A DNA stretch of 64,000 nt from Gemmatimonadales bacterium. Lineage in GTDB: Bacteria; Gemmatimonadota; Gemmatimonadetes; Gemmatimonadales; GWC2-71-9. The notes beneath the pieces were generated by a model. The model saw only the letters and a program-made list of their open reading frames with translations. It had not been told where the DNA came from and made no database searches. The position numbers and the translations under genes were made by a program. This document shows positions 8,444 through 17,678 of this stretch, piece by piece; position 1 is the first letter of the stretch, and each line of letters starts with the position of its first letter. The DNA lies in contig JBOHSH010000017.1 in assembly GCA_050733195.1 (NCBI GenBank), positions 7,984 through 71,983 on the forward strand, given 5' to 3'.

Positions 8444-10054
8444 ATGAGCCGACGGATCGGGTGGCGACGATGGGCAGGGCCGTTCCTCGCGGGCGTGCTC
8501 GGGGCCTGCGCAGGGGAAGGGGGGGAATGCCCCCGTTGCGATACCGTCGTGATCGCCGCCACGGGGGAGCCCTCCGCGCTGCTGCCTCCGCTCGTGGGCG
8601 AGACCGTGGGCCGTGATATCAGCGACCAGGTCTACGACCGTCTCCTCGAGCTTCGCGGCGGCGCCTCCCCGCTCGAGGAGTCCGCGTACGAGCCGCGGCT
8701 GGCCGCGCGGTGGGAGCGGGTCGACTCGCTGACGCTCCGTTTCGTGCTCCGGCCGGGGGCCCGGTGGCACGACGGGCGGGCGGTCACCGCGGCGGACGTG
8801 GCGTTCTCGTTCGCGGCCTACGTCGACACGGCGCTCGGGGCCCCGGCCGGCTCGGCGCTGGGCGACCGGGTCACCGTGGCTGCGGAGAGCGACTCCGTCG
8901 TCACGATCCGCTTCGCCGCGCCCGACCCCGAGCAGCTGTACGACGCCACCTGGCACGTGCGGGTCATCCCGAAGCACGTCTGGGAGACGACGCCCTCGGC
9001 GAAATGGGCGGAGGACACGTCCCTCAGCAGGCTGGTGGGGTCGGGGCCCTATCGGGTCGTCCAGTGGGCCCGGGGCCAGTCTCTCCGCCTGGAGCGTGCT
9101 GACACCGCGGCGGACACTCCCGCACTCCGGCACGTGATCTGGCGCTTCGCGGGCGATCAGGATGCGGCGCTCAATCTCGTGCTCTCGCACGAGGCGGATC
9201 TGCTCGAGGTCATCGGCGATTCCGCGCGGGTCGCCCGCATCGAAGCCGATTCGGCGCTTCGCGTCGTCGCCTACCCGGCGGCGGTCTACGGCTTCCTCGG
9301 GTTCAACCTCGCCGGCCCCCGGGACTCGCCGCTCCTCGATCGAGAGGTGCGACGCGCCCTCTTCCAGGCGACCGACCGGGCCACGGCAGCGCGCGCGGTC
9401 TTCGGTCCCGGCGGCAAGGCACCCCGCGGGCCCATGTCCGGGATCCTCTGGATCGCCGACGACTCGATCGCCGTGCTGCCCTACGACACCGCGACTGCGG
9501 GGCGATCTCTCGACGCAGGCGGCTGGCGGCGGAGCGGCGCGGTGCGCCGGCGAGGGGGCCGCGACCTCACGATCGACATCCTGGTGCCGGGGACGAGTGT
9601 CGCGCGGCGCAACCTCGCCCAGATCATCCAGGAGCAGTGGCGGCAATCGGGGATCACGGCGACGGTCACAAGCGTGGATTTCCCCGTCTTCCAGGAACGA
9701 CTTCGCACCGGACGCTTCCAGGCCTTCGTGGGCGCCTGGCTGGACGAGCCGAGCGCGAGAGGTCTGGCGGATCAGTGGACGACCCGGGGAATCGGCGCCC
9801 TCAACTACGGACGGTACCGGAGCGCCGGGTTCGATTCGCTGTTCCGGCAGGCGTCGTCGATCAGGGGCGACCCGGCGGGTGCGCGGCGCAGCTGGCGCGA
9901 GGCGATGGATACCCTGAACGGCGACGCGCCCGCCATCTGGCTGTACACCCCGACGCAGATGGCCGCAGTGGCCCGCCGCCTCACGGGCGTGGAGATCAAC
10001 CCCTACTCGTGGCTGGCGGGACTGCGGACCTGGCGGGTTATAGAACCGCGGTAG
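8444..10054 (+). CDS. ABC transporter substrate-binding protein, family 5 (peptide/nickel, DppA/OppA-like)
   Basis: Start at ATG 8444 preceded by GGGAGG. Signal/lipobox region WAGPFLAGVLGACAG. Length and motif pattern fit SBP_bac_5. No permease or ATPase genes are adjacent. Confidence 0.85.
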   Translation: MSRRIGWRRWAGPFLAGVLGACAGEGGECPRCDTVVIAATGEPSALLPPLVGETVGRDISDQVYDRLLELRGGASPLEESAYEPRLAARWERVDSLTLRFVLRPGARWHDGRAVTAADVAFSFAAYVDTALGAPAGSALGDRVTVAAESDSVVTIRFAAPDPEQLYDATWHVRVIPKHVWETTPSAKWAEDTSLSRLVGSGPYRVVQWARGQSLRLERADTAADTPALRHVIWRFAGDQDAALNLVLSHEADLLEVIGDSARVARIEADSALRVVAYPAAVYGFLGFNLAGPRDSPLLDREVRRALFQATDRATAARAVFGPGGKAPRGPMSGILWIADDSIAVLPYDTATAGRSLDAGGWRRSGAVRRRGGRDLTIDILVPGTSVARRNLAQIIQEQWRQSGITATVTSVDFPVFQERLRTGRFQAFVGAWLDEPSARGLADQWTTRGIGALNYGRYRSAGFDSLFRQASSIRGDPAGARRSWREAMDTLNGDAPAIWLYTPTQMAAVARRLTGVEINPYSWLAGLRTWRVIEPR

Positions 10055-10055
10055 T

Positions 10056-11633
10056 CTAGACACACGGCAGGGGACGAGCCGGCCCGTCGGCGGGCCGGAC
10101 GACGGCCAGGAACGCCTCGAACACGTCGGGATGCCACCAGGAGCGGCACCGCGTCATCTCCCGGATCGCCTCCTCGCGGGTGAGCGGCGCGCGGTAGGCG
10201 CGCGGGGTGGTGAGCGCGTCGTAGACGTCGGCGGCACAGATGACCTGCGCCTCGATCGGGATCTCGGCTCCCGTGAGGCCGTCGGGGTAGCCGGACCCGT
10301 CGAACTTCTCGTGGTGCCAGCGCACGATTCTCCGGACCTCGACGGGAAGCGCCGCGCCCTCGAGCAGCTCGACGCCGTCTGTGGGATGGCGCTTGACGAT
10401 TTCGATCTCCTCCGCGGTGAGCGGCCCCTCCCGGGTGAGCAGCTCCTGGGGAATCCGGATCTTCCCGATATCGTGCAGGAAGGCGCCGAGCCGGATCGCG
10501 GCCTGGGCCGTGTCCGAAAGTCCGAGCGCCCGAGCCACGTCGGCCCCCATCGCTCCAACGCGCTCGCAGTGGAGCACGATTCCCTCGTAGGCGCCCATCT
10601 TGGCCGCGATATCCATCACGTCCAGCCGGGCGTCGAGGAACCCGAACAGCCGGAGGGCCTCGCCGAGCTGGATCACCGAATCCTCGCTGCGGCCCAGCCG
10701 GTGGTGAAGCAGCGCGAGCTCGCGGGCAGCCTCGGCCTGGCCGTGCACCCAGCCCCCCTCGACGGCCAGACGCGTCGCGGCCCGGAGGCGGGCCTCGGCG
10801 AGCACCGGGCGGCCGGTCTCCCGGTAGACCATGCCGAGGACCCGGCAGGCGGCCGACTTGTCCAGCGGCGCGTCGAGCTCCTCGAAGGTGCGCAGGGCCG
10901 CCTCCGCATCCTCGCGGGCGGAGTGGTAGTCGCCGCGGGCCAGCGAGACCTCGGCCCGGTTGAGAGCACAAAGTCCCTGCAGACGCACGTCCCCGATCCG
11001 GAGGGCGAGATCGAGGCTCCATCCGAAGCAGCGGGCGGCTTCGTTGAAGTCGCCGCGCTCGCGGGCGATGCAGCCGAGATTGTGAGCGGCGACGGCGGCG
11101 CCCGCTTCGTGGCCGGCCGACTCGAAGGCGTCGAGGGCCCGGTGATAATGGCCGAAAGCGGCGGCGTGGTCGCCCTGAATGTTCGCGGCGACCCCCAGGT
11201 TCTGCTCGATCTTGCCGCGCAGCCGGGCGTCGTCTTCCGCGAAGGCGAGGGCGCGGGCGAAGGTCCGTCGCGCGATGCCCATCTCCCCCGCCTCGAGCTC
11301 GAAGCTCGCCAGCGTGTTGAGGGCCTCGCCGAGGAGCACCGCCCGCCCGCACGCCTCGGCGACCTCCGCGCTCCGCCGGACCAGCACACGAGCCTCGACC
11401 GACCGGCTCCGGAGATGGAGCACCACCGCGAGCCGGCGCAGGGCTTCCGCCAGCTCGGGCTTGCGGTCCGTCTCTTCGGCCATGGCCACGGCGAACTCGT
11501 ACGCCCGAATCGCGCCCTCGAACCGGCCGGCCCGCTCGCGCACGGCTCCCGTGCGGAGCAGCTCCGCCACCGCGTCTTCGACGGGAGGCGGCGTCAGCGG
11601 CCGGGGCATCGGGCGCGGGCGGGGTGAGGCCAT
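10056..11633 (-). CDS. TPR-repeat HD-GYP domain protein, paralog 2
   Basis: Motifs HDIGKIRIP ... HHEKFDGSGYPDGL ... DVYDALTTPRAYR. It is collinear with paralog 1, except for a ~17-aa deletion just upstream of the HCERV segment. Confidence 0.85.
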   Translation of the reverse strand: MASPRPRPMPRPLTPPPVEDAVAELLRTGAVRERAGRFEGAIRAYEFAVAMAEETDRKPELAEALRRLAVVLHLRSRSVEARVLVRRSAEVAEACGRAVLLGEALNTLASFELEAGEMGIARRTFARALAFAEDDARLRGKIEQNLGVAANIQGDHAAAFGHYHRALDAFESAGHEAGAAVAAHNLGCIARERGDFNEAARCFGWSLDLALRIGDVRLQGLCALNRAEVSLARGDYHSAREDAEAALRTFEELDAPLDKSAACRVLGMVYRETGRPVLAEARLRAATRLAVEGGWVHGQAEAARELALLHHRLGRSEDSVIQLGEALRLFGFLDARLDVMDIAAKMGAYEGIVLHCERVGAMGADVARALGLSDTAQAAIRLGAFLHDIGKIRIPQELLTREGPLTAEEIEIVKRHPTDGVELLEGAALPVEVRRIVRWHHEKFDGSGYPDGLTGAEIPIEAQVICAADVYDALTTPRAYRAPLTREEAIREMTRCRSWWHPDVFEAFLAVVRPADGPARPLPCV

Positions 11634-11637
11634 GCGC

Positions 11638-12162
11638 TCAGTAGGCGATGGCGTAGCGGGAGAAGTGCTCCAGCTGTCCGGTGACCTCGGAGCTGCCGAG
11701 ATGGTCGACCGAACGGAGGAGCTCGAGGATGCTCAGCAGCTCGCTCGTGTAGGCGATCTTCTTGAGCGGGAGCAGCCGGGCGAGGGGACAGTTGCGGTAG
11801 CTCATCGTGAGCGACGCCGGCACCGCGAACCGGAGGCCTTCAGGGGAGAATCGCATGGAGTTCACGGTGCCGCTCACGACTTCCGCCGTGATGGCGACGG
11901 GCCCGGCGAGGGCACCCGGAGGAACCACGAGCCGGTGCGGGCCGGCGGTGATGGTCCCTCCTGAACTGCCGATCACGGCGGTGACCGAGCTCGCGGGAAG
12001 CGCGGAGCAGCGAAGCAGCGTCGCGTCGAGCACCGCTCCGAGGAGCGAATGCGACGGCTCGGGACCTTGCGTCGCGACCGGCGAATCGCCGGCGCAGCCC
12101 GCCAGTGTAATGACGGCGACCGCGCCGACCAGGGCGCGACTGATCGAACGGGACGTACCCAT
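11638..12162 (-). CDS. lipoprotein with ZU5-like core and C-terminal HFSRY motif, paralog 2
   Basis: Lipobox VITLAGC. Core GGTITAGPHRLVVPPGALAGPVAITAEV...RFSPEGLRFAVPASLTMSYRNC. C-terminus QLEHFSRYAIAY. I prefer ATG 12160-12162 over the TTG at 12168. Confidence 0.8.
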   Translation of the reverse strand: MGTSRSISRALVGAVAVITLAGCAGDSPVATQGPEPSHSLLGAVLDATLLRCSALPASSVTAVIGSSGGTITAGPHRLVVPPGALAGPVAITAEVVSGTVNSMRFSPEGLRFAVPASLTMSYRNCPLARLLPLKKIAYTSELLSILELLRSVDHLGSSEVTGQLEHFSRYAIAY

Positions 12163-12381
12163 GATCAAACCCCCGGAAAGCCGGTGAACGGTTCCCCGGG
12201 TGATCGGGGTCGCAAGGGTGGTGCCTCCGGAGTACCGATTTCGTCTGATTTCTTGACGGTTCCGCCGTCGGGCCTCGGAAGGCTCATGGACGCTTGAAGT
12301 TGGGTGGGTTGGGAACCGGATTGCCGCCGGACGGCCGGGTGCAGAGTTCGTTCAGGAGATTAACAGTTCCTTAAAGCTGCA

Positions 12382-12421
12382 GCCGTAGCGACGAACCCCG
12401 TGGTGGTGGCGGCGCTACGGC
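12382..12421 (-). terminator. hairpin downstream of kamA (possible terminator)
   Basis: A 9-bp inverted repeat, gccgtagcg (12382-12390) and cgctacggc (12413-12421), lies 12 nt past the kamA stop. The loop is large (22 nt) and the downstream U-tract is weak. Confidence 0.3.
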
Positions 12422-12432
12422 ACGTTATCTCT

Positions 12433-13593
12433 CTACGCCGTTCGGCGCTTCGCAGGCTTGGGCTTGGGAGCGACCGGGACTTCGAGATCCGCCTGGAGGA
12501 AGTACTCGGGATCCGACATCCGGATCTGGGGTCCGGCGGGCTGGCGGTACACGTAGCGCTCACCCTTGAAGTTTCGGAGCACGATCTCGTCGTCGTTGAA
12601 GCTTTCCACGTAATTCGGAAGGAGCGGGACCTTGCCCCCACCGCCGGGGGCATCGATCACGAAGTGCGGACTCGCAAGCCCGCTGGTCCATCCCCTGAGC
12701 GCCTTCATGATCCGGAGTCCCGTGGCGACGGTGGTCCGGAAGTGCTCGGCGCCGGCGACCTGGTCGGCCATGTAGATGTAGTAGGGCCGCACTCGGGCCA
12801 TGAGCAGCCTCTGCATGAGCCGCATCATCACGGCGGGATCGTCGTTCACCCCCTTGAGCAGCACGGTCTGGCAGCCGAGGGGAATTCCGGCGTCGGCGAG
12901 CCGCCCCAGCGCGGCCACCGCGGCGGGCGTCAGCTCGTCGGGGTGGTTGAAGTGGGTGTTGATGAAGAGCGGATGGTGACGATGGAGCATGGTGCAGAGC
13001 TCCGGCGTGATCCGCTCCGGCAGATGGCAGGGAATCCGGCTCCCGATCCGGATGATCTCGATGTGCTTGATGGCACGCAGCCGTTCGAGCATCTGGTCGA
13101 GCCGGCGATCCGACAGCATCAGCGGGTCGCCGCCCGACATGATGACGTCCCGGATCTCGGTGTGCTCCTCGAGATACCGGAACGCGCTCTCGAACTGGGA
13201 CATCGGGATCTTCTCCGGATCGCCGACCTTGCGGCGCCGGGTGCAGAACCGGCAGTAGCTGGCGCAGACGGGCGAGACCAGGAACAGCGCGCGATCGGGG
13301 TAGCGATGGGTGATGTTCGGGACGGGGGAATCGCGGTCTTCGGACAGCGAGTCCACTATCCCGTCCACGACGTCCAGCTCTTCGACCGTGGGGATGTACT
13401 GCCGCCAGATCGGATCGTCGGGCGACCGGATCAGGTCCACCATCGGCGGGGAGATCCGGAACTCGAAGTTGTCGATCGCCTGGCGCAGCCTGGCGTGGCG
13501 CTCCGGCGGGAAGTGCTCCGGACCGAACCGCTCGGCGAGCTGCTCGAGGCTCGTGATCGACCGTTGCCGGAGAAGCTCCTGCCAGGTGGACAT
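12433..13593 (-). CDS. kamA: lysine 2,3-aminomutase family radical-SAM/PLP enzyme
   Basis: Radical-SAM motif CASYCRFCTRRR plus SGGDPL, PYYIYMADQ..GAEHFR and FVIDAPGGGGKVP. A GGAG RBS lies 6 nt before the ATG. Confidence 0.9.
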   Translation of the reverse strand: MSTWQELLRQRSITSLEQLAERFGPEHFPPERHARLRQAIDNFEFRISPPMVDLIRSPDDPIWRQYIPTVEELDVVDGIVDSLSEDRDSPVPNITHRYPDRALFLVSPVCASYCRFCTRRRKVGDPEKIPMSQFESAFRYLEEHTEIRDVIMSGGDPLMLSDRRLDQMLERLRAIKHIEIIRIGSRIPCHLPERITPELCTMLHRHHPLFINTHFNHPDELTPAAVAALGRLADAGIPLGCQTVLLKGVNDDPAVMMRLMQRLLMARVRPYYIYMADQVAGAEHFRTTVATGLRIMKALRGWTSGLASPHFVIDAPGGGGKVPLLPNYVESFNDDEIVLRNFKGERYVYRQPAGPQIRMSDPEYFLQADLEVPVAPKPKPAKRRTA

Positions 13594-13610
13594 AGTCGCT
13601 CCGAGGTTGC

Positions 13611-14105
13611 CTAGTGCCGCTTGACCAGCTTGACGAGATCATCGCCGGGCTCGTAGTAGTCGGCGATGCGCGCGGCGACCTGGTAGCCCCGGGCCGCGTA
13701 GAACCCGCGGGTCGCCCCGTATTCGGCGCGGCCGCCGGTCTCGACCACGACCAGCCGCGCCCGGCCCTCGATCCGGCGCTCCATCTCGTCGTGGAGCGCG
13801 GTGCCGATGCCGCGGCCCTGAGCCTCGGGATCGACGACGATCCAGTAGAGGTCGAACGTCCCCACGGTGCCCGGGGTGGGCCCCCAGACGATCCAGCCCA
13901 CGAGCGACCCGTCCAGCTCGGCGCCCGCCGACTCGTAGTCCGGATCGGGGCGGCGGCCGACGCCGACGGCCGCGTCGAAGACATCGAGCGCCACGGGCAG
14001 CTCGATCTCCCGGAACAGGCCGGTCGCCCGGGTGAGCACGGCGACGCGGCCGCGATCCTCGGGGTGGAGCGGCCGGACGCGAACGGCGAGGGCCGTGCCG
14101 CTCAC
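13611..14105 (-). CDS. GNAT family N-acetyltransferase
   Basis: GNAT motif A VVDPEAQGRGIGTAL. GTG start in a GTGA overlap with the upstream ATP-grasp stop. The ORF-track N-terminal extension overlaps the upstream gene and looks spurious. Confidence 0.85.
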   Translation of the reverse strand: MSGTALAVRVRPLHPEDRGRVAVLTRATGLFREIELPVALDVFDAAVGVGRRPDPDYESAGAELDGSLVGWIVWGPTPGTVGTFDLYWIVVDPEAQGRGIGTALHDEMERRIEGRARLVVVETGGRAEYGATRGFYAARGYQVAARIADYYEPGDDLVKLVKRH

Positions 14106-15109
14106 GTGGCCGGGTGCGGGACCGCGGGCTCCGCCGCCCGGAGCGCCTGGAAGCGGTGCAGCGCTTCCTCGACGATCCGGAGCACCAGGGTGTCGTAGTC
14201 CAGGCCCCGCGCCCGTCCCATGCGGGCGAGCCCGGCGTCGCTGGAGAGGTCGGGATTGGGATTCACCTCGAGCACGTTCACCTCGCCCTGCTCGGTGATG
14301 CGCAGGTCGACGCGCCCGTAGCCATGCGCCCGCGCCAGCGTCTCCCAGGCGAGCCGTGCGGCCTGCACCACGCGCTTGGCGAGCTCGGGCTCGAGCTGCG
14401 CGGGACACTCCGGCTGGGTGCCGATGTCCTCGGGGCTCCCGGTATCCCACTTGGCGGCGTAGGTCACGATGGGCCAGCTGCCCTGGGGCATCCGCTGGAA
14501 GACGATCTCCGAGAGTGGCAGCACCTCCCGGCCGATGAAGCCGACGTTCACCTCCCGGCCGTGGACGTACTCCTGGATCAGCACCTCGTCCCACTGGGCC
14601 AGCATCTTGACCAGCCGGTCGCGGAGCGCCTTGCGCGTCACGCACACGGCATCGCGGTCGATGCCGACGCTCGCGTCCTCGCCCGAGGGCTTCACGATGA
14701 CCGGATAGCGGAGCCCGCCGGGCGGGGTGGTCCCGCGGGCCAGGACGAACGGCGGCACCGGGACTCCCGCCGCGGCGAGGAGGGTGTTGGCGATGTGCTT
14801 GCGATGGCAGATCGTCACCGGCCAGGACGGGCAGCCGGTGAACGGCACGCGGGTGAGCTCGAGGGCACCGACGACGTAGTCCTCGAAGCGGGCGTGGCCG
14901 TTGACGCCCTCGCAGAGGTTGAAGACGAGATCGATGCGCTGGACCCGGCGGAGCCAGCTCACGTCGCCGAGGTGCACCGGGAGGAGCGTGGTATCGTGTC
15001 CCGCGCGACGAAGCACCTGCTGGACCTCGCGGACGTTCGCCATGACCGCGGCCACGTCCTTCTGCTCCCAGTCCCGGCTGCCTCCGTCGTACAGGATGCC
15101 GACTCTCAC
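14102..15109 (-). CDS. ATP-grasp ligase, D-Ala-D-Ala ligase-like (B)
   Basis: The N-terminus VRVGILYDGGS... resembles Ddl, followed by an ATP-grasp core (YPVIVKPSGEDASVGI, LIQEYVHGREVNV, RVDLRI...VNVLEVNPNP). GTG start in a GTGA overlap. Confidence 0.85.
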   Translation of the reverse strand: MRVGILYDGGSRDWEQKDVAAVMANVREVQQVLRRAGHDTTLLPVHLGDVSWLRRVQRIDLVFNLCEGVNGHARFEDYVVGALELTRVPFTGCPSWPVTICHRKHIANTLLAAAGVPVPPFVLARGTTPPGGLRYPVIVKPSGEDASVGIDRDAVCVTRKALRDRLVKMLAQWDEVLIQEYVHGREVNVGFIGREVLPLSEIVFQRMPQGSWPIVTYAAKWDTGSPEDIGTQPECPAQLEPELAKRVVQAARLAWETLARAHGYGRVDLRITEQGEVNVLEVNPNPDLSSDAGLARMGRARGLDYDTLVLRIVEEALHRFQALRAAEPAVPHPAT

Positions 15110-16233
15110 GCCGCGGCCCGCTTCCGCTTGACGGAGTCCTTGAGGAGCGAGCGGCCGCTGATCCGGCGCCACGCGATGTCGGCCACGGTGTGGATCAGGC
15201 CGTCGTAGGAAATTCCCGCGGCCCGCGCCGCCTTGGGAAAGCAGGAATTGTCGCTCGGGTTGGGCAGGATCCCCGGGAGCGGATTGAGCTCCACGACCAT
15301 CGGCCGCCCGGCAGCGTCGCAGCGGACGTCGATCCGGCACCAGTCCCGGCAGCCGAGAATCCGGTACGCGGAGAGGGCCGCCGCCCGGATGTCCCGCGCC
15401 AGCTCTTTCGGGATCCGTGCGGGGCACTCGAAGAGATCGAGCGGATGCTCCGGCGTATCCCAGAGCCACTTGGCCTCGTAGCCGTAGATCGGCGTCGCTC
15501 CGAGCGGCAGCGCGTCCCACTTCATCCCGACGAGGGGGAGGCACCGCGTCTCCTTCCCGTTGCCGAGCACGGCCACCGTGAACTCCTGCCCCGGGAGCCA
15601 GGTCTCGATCAGCACCGGCTCCTGGTAGGTGTCGAGCAGATCGCCCACGACCTGGACCAGCTTCGCCCGGTTGGTGCAGAGCGACCGCTCGGTGATCCCC
15701 TTGCCGGAGCCCTCGAGCGCCGGCTTGGCGAAGAGCGGAAACGGCAGCTCGACCGCCCGGGCGTCCGCCCGGGTGTTGGCGAGGACGAAGGGAGCCGTCG
15801 GCACGCCGTAGTACGCCATGATCTCCTTGGCCCTGCCCTTGTGGAGCGTGAGGGCCAGGGAGAGCGGATCGGAGGCGTGGTAGGGGATGCCCAGGAACTC
15901 GCAGATCGAGGGGACGTGGCTCTCGCGGTTCACGCCGTAGAGCCCCTCCGCGATGTTGAACACGAAGTCGGGCTTCGCGTCCATCACCCTCCGCGGAAAA
16001 TCGCGATCGGCCTCGAGCCGGATCACCTCACCGAGCGCACCGAGCGCACTCGCCACCGCCTCGATGGTCTCGGGCTCGTCCCATTCGGCGTACAGATCGG
16101 GCTGGGGAAGATCGGGGCGGAGAGCGCGGTGCGCGGAGGCGCGATCGAGAGGTGGGACGGCGGGGTCGCCGGCTTTCGTCGGCGCCGGCAGCGAGGGCTT
16201 CTGGTTGAACGCGAAACCTATTCGAACCGCCAA
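15106..16233 (-). CDS. ATP-grasp ligase, D-Ala-D-Ala ligase-like (A)
   Basis: ATP-grasp motifs FPLFAKPALEGSGKGI, LIETWLPGQEFTV and RIDVRCD...VVELNPLPG. TTG start at 16231-16233 is preceded by AAGGAG. Confidence 0.85.
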   Translation of the reverse strand: MAVRIGFAFNQKPSLPAPTKAGDPAVPPLDRASAHRALRPDLPQPDLYAEWDEPETIEAVASALGALGEVIRLEADRDFPRRVMDAKPDFVFNIAEGLYGVNRESHVPSICEFLGIPYHASDPLSLALTLHKGRAKEIMAYYGVPTAPFVLANTRADARAVELPFPLFAKPALEGSGKGITERSLCTNRAKLVQVVGDLLDTYQEPVLIETWLPGQEFTVAVLGNGKETRCLPLVGMKWDALPLGATPIYGYEAKWLWDTPEHPLDLFECPARIPKELARDIRAAALSAYRILGCRDWCRIDVRCDAAGRPMVVELNPLPGILPNPSDNSCFPKAARAAGISYDGLIHTVADIAWRRISGRSLLKDSVKRKRAAA

Positions 16234-16394
16234 GCGGTCTCCTTGAATGAGTCCGGGCTGACTCGCAGGGAGCGACTGGGCACGCCCGACACTTGCTGCT
16301 CGCCTAAGCTAAAGAAAAAAACGAGAGACCACAATAGGATCGAGCACGATTCGCGCCAGTTTCGCGGCGATGAAAGCGGATCGCGAGACGTCGA

Positions 16395-16886
16395 TCAGCG
16401 GCGAATGCGCGTGTAGCGGCGAAAGGTGAACGGGTAGGCGTGCTTCTCGTCGGCCTCGTGGCGCTCTTCCTCCTCCAGCGCCCAGGCCGCGGTGTCGAAC
16501 GGCGGGAAGAAGGTGTCGCCCTCGACGTTCGCGTGCACCACCGTGAGGTAGAGGCGGTCCGCACGGGGAAGGGCGAGCCGGTAGATCTCGGCGCCGCCGA
16601 TCACGAAGACCTCCCGCTCCGTGGCGCCGAGGGCCAGCGCCTCGGCCAGGTCCGGCACCACGGTCACGCCGGCGGGCCGGAAGGCCGGGTTTCGCGAGAT
16701 CACCACGTTCCGCCGGTTGTCCAGCGGGCGCTTGATCTCCTCGAAGGTCTTCCGCCCCATGATGACGGTGTGATCGACGGTGACCCGCTTGAAATGCTGC
16801 TGGTCCCTGGGGAGGCTCCAGGGCAGACTCCCGTTCCGGCCGATCACCCGGTTCTCCGACATGGCGGCGATCAGCGAGACGATCAC
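16395..16886 (-). CDS. folA: dihydrofolate reductase
   Basis: [36 protein letters not shown]...VIMGRKTFE... is a classic DHFR sequence. GTG start in a GTGA overlap with the thyA stop. Confidence 0.92.
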   Translation of the reverse strand: MIVSLIAAMSENRVIGRNGSLPWSLPRDQQHFKRVTVDHTVIMGRKTFEEIKRPLDNRRNVVISRNPAFRPAGVTVVPDLAEALALGATEREVFVIGGAEIYRLALPRADRLYLTVVHANVEGDTFFPPFDTAAWALEEEERHEADEKHAYPFTFRRYTRIRR

Positions 16887-17677
16887 ACGGCGACCCGGGC
16901 CCGGATGGCCGGATGGGGGTCGTAGCCCTCGAGCATGAAGTTCTCGAAACGAAAGTCGTCGAGCTCCCGGACCGAAGGATCGAGCCGAAGGCGCGGCAGC
17001 GGCCGCGGCTCCCGCGCGACCTGGAGCTGCGCCTGCTCCAGATGGTTCCGGTAGAGGTGCACGTCGCCCAGCGTATGGATGAACTCCCCGGGCTCCAGGC
17101 CGGTCACCTGCGCGATCATCATCGTGAGGAGGGTGTAGCTCGCGATGTTGAACGGCACCCCGAGGAAGACGTCGCCGCTCCGCTGATAGAGCTGGCAGGA
17201 GAGCCGGCCGTCGAGGACGTAGAACTGGAAGAGCGTGTGGCAGGGCTGCAGCGCCATCCTGGGGAGGTCGGCCACATTCCAGGCGCTCACCACGAGACGC
17301 CGCGAGTCGGGATTCACGCGGATCTGGCGAACCACCTCGGCGATCTGGTCGACGTGCCCGCCGTCCGCCGTCGGCCAGGAGCGCCACTGGTATCCATATA
17401 TAGGCCCGAGATCGCCCTCCGGATCGGCCCATTCGTCCCAGATGGACACTCCCGCTTCGCGCAGGGAGCGCACGTTGGTCTCGCCGCGCAGGAACCAGAG
17501 CAGCTCCTGGATCACGCTCTTGAGATGAACCTTCTTGGTCGTGACGAGCGGAAAGCCCCGGGCGAGGTCGAAGCGCATCTGCCATCCGAAAGCGCTCAGC
17601 GTGCCGGTGCCGGTGCGATCGTTCTTGGGGCGGCCGTGGTGGAGGACGTGCTCGAGGAGCTCGAGATACTGGCGCAT
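16883..17677 (-). CDS. thyA: thymidylate synthase (ThyA type)
   Basis: [25 protein letters not shown] ... PCH.LFQFYV ... [17 protein letters not shown]. The product is 264 aa. Confidence 0.95.
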   Translation of the reverse strand: MRQYLELLEHVLHHGRPKNDRTGTGTLSAFGWQMRFDLARGFPLVTTKKVHLKSVIQELLWFLRGETNVRSLREAGVSIWDEWADPEGDLGPIYGYQWRSWPTADGGHVDQIAEVVRQIRVNPDSRRLVVSAWNVADLPRMALQPCHTLFQFYVLDGRLSCQLYQRSGDVFLGVPFNIASYTLLTMMIAQVTGLEPGEFIHTLGDVHLYRNHLEQAQLQVAREPRPLPRLRLDPSVRELDDFRFENFMLEGYDPHPAIRARVAV

Positions 17678-17678
17678 G

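Noticed and set aside
16300-16394. T7/A7 run (16314-16320) downstream of folA as a rho-independent terminator, and a TTGTGG-N17-TAGCTT promoter for the ATP-grasp operon
   Set aside because: I could not find a convincing GC-rich stem directly before the U-run on the minus strand. The -35 and -10 hexamers each match consensus at only 3/6 positions. The region is noted only as mildly AT-rich intergenic sequence.
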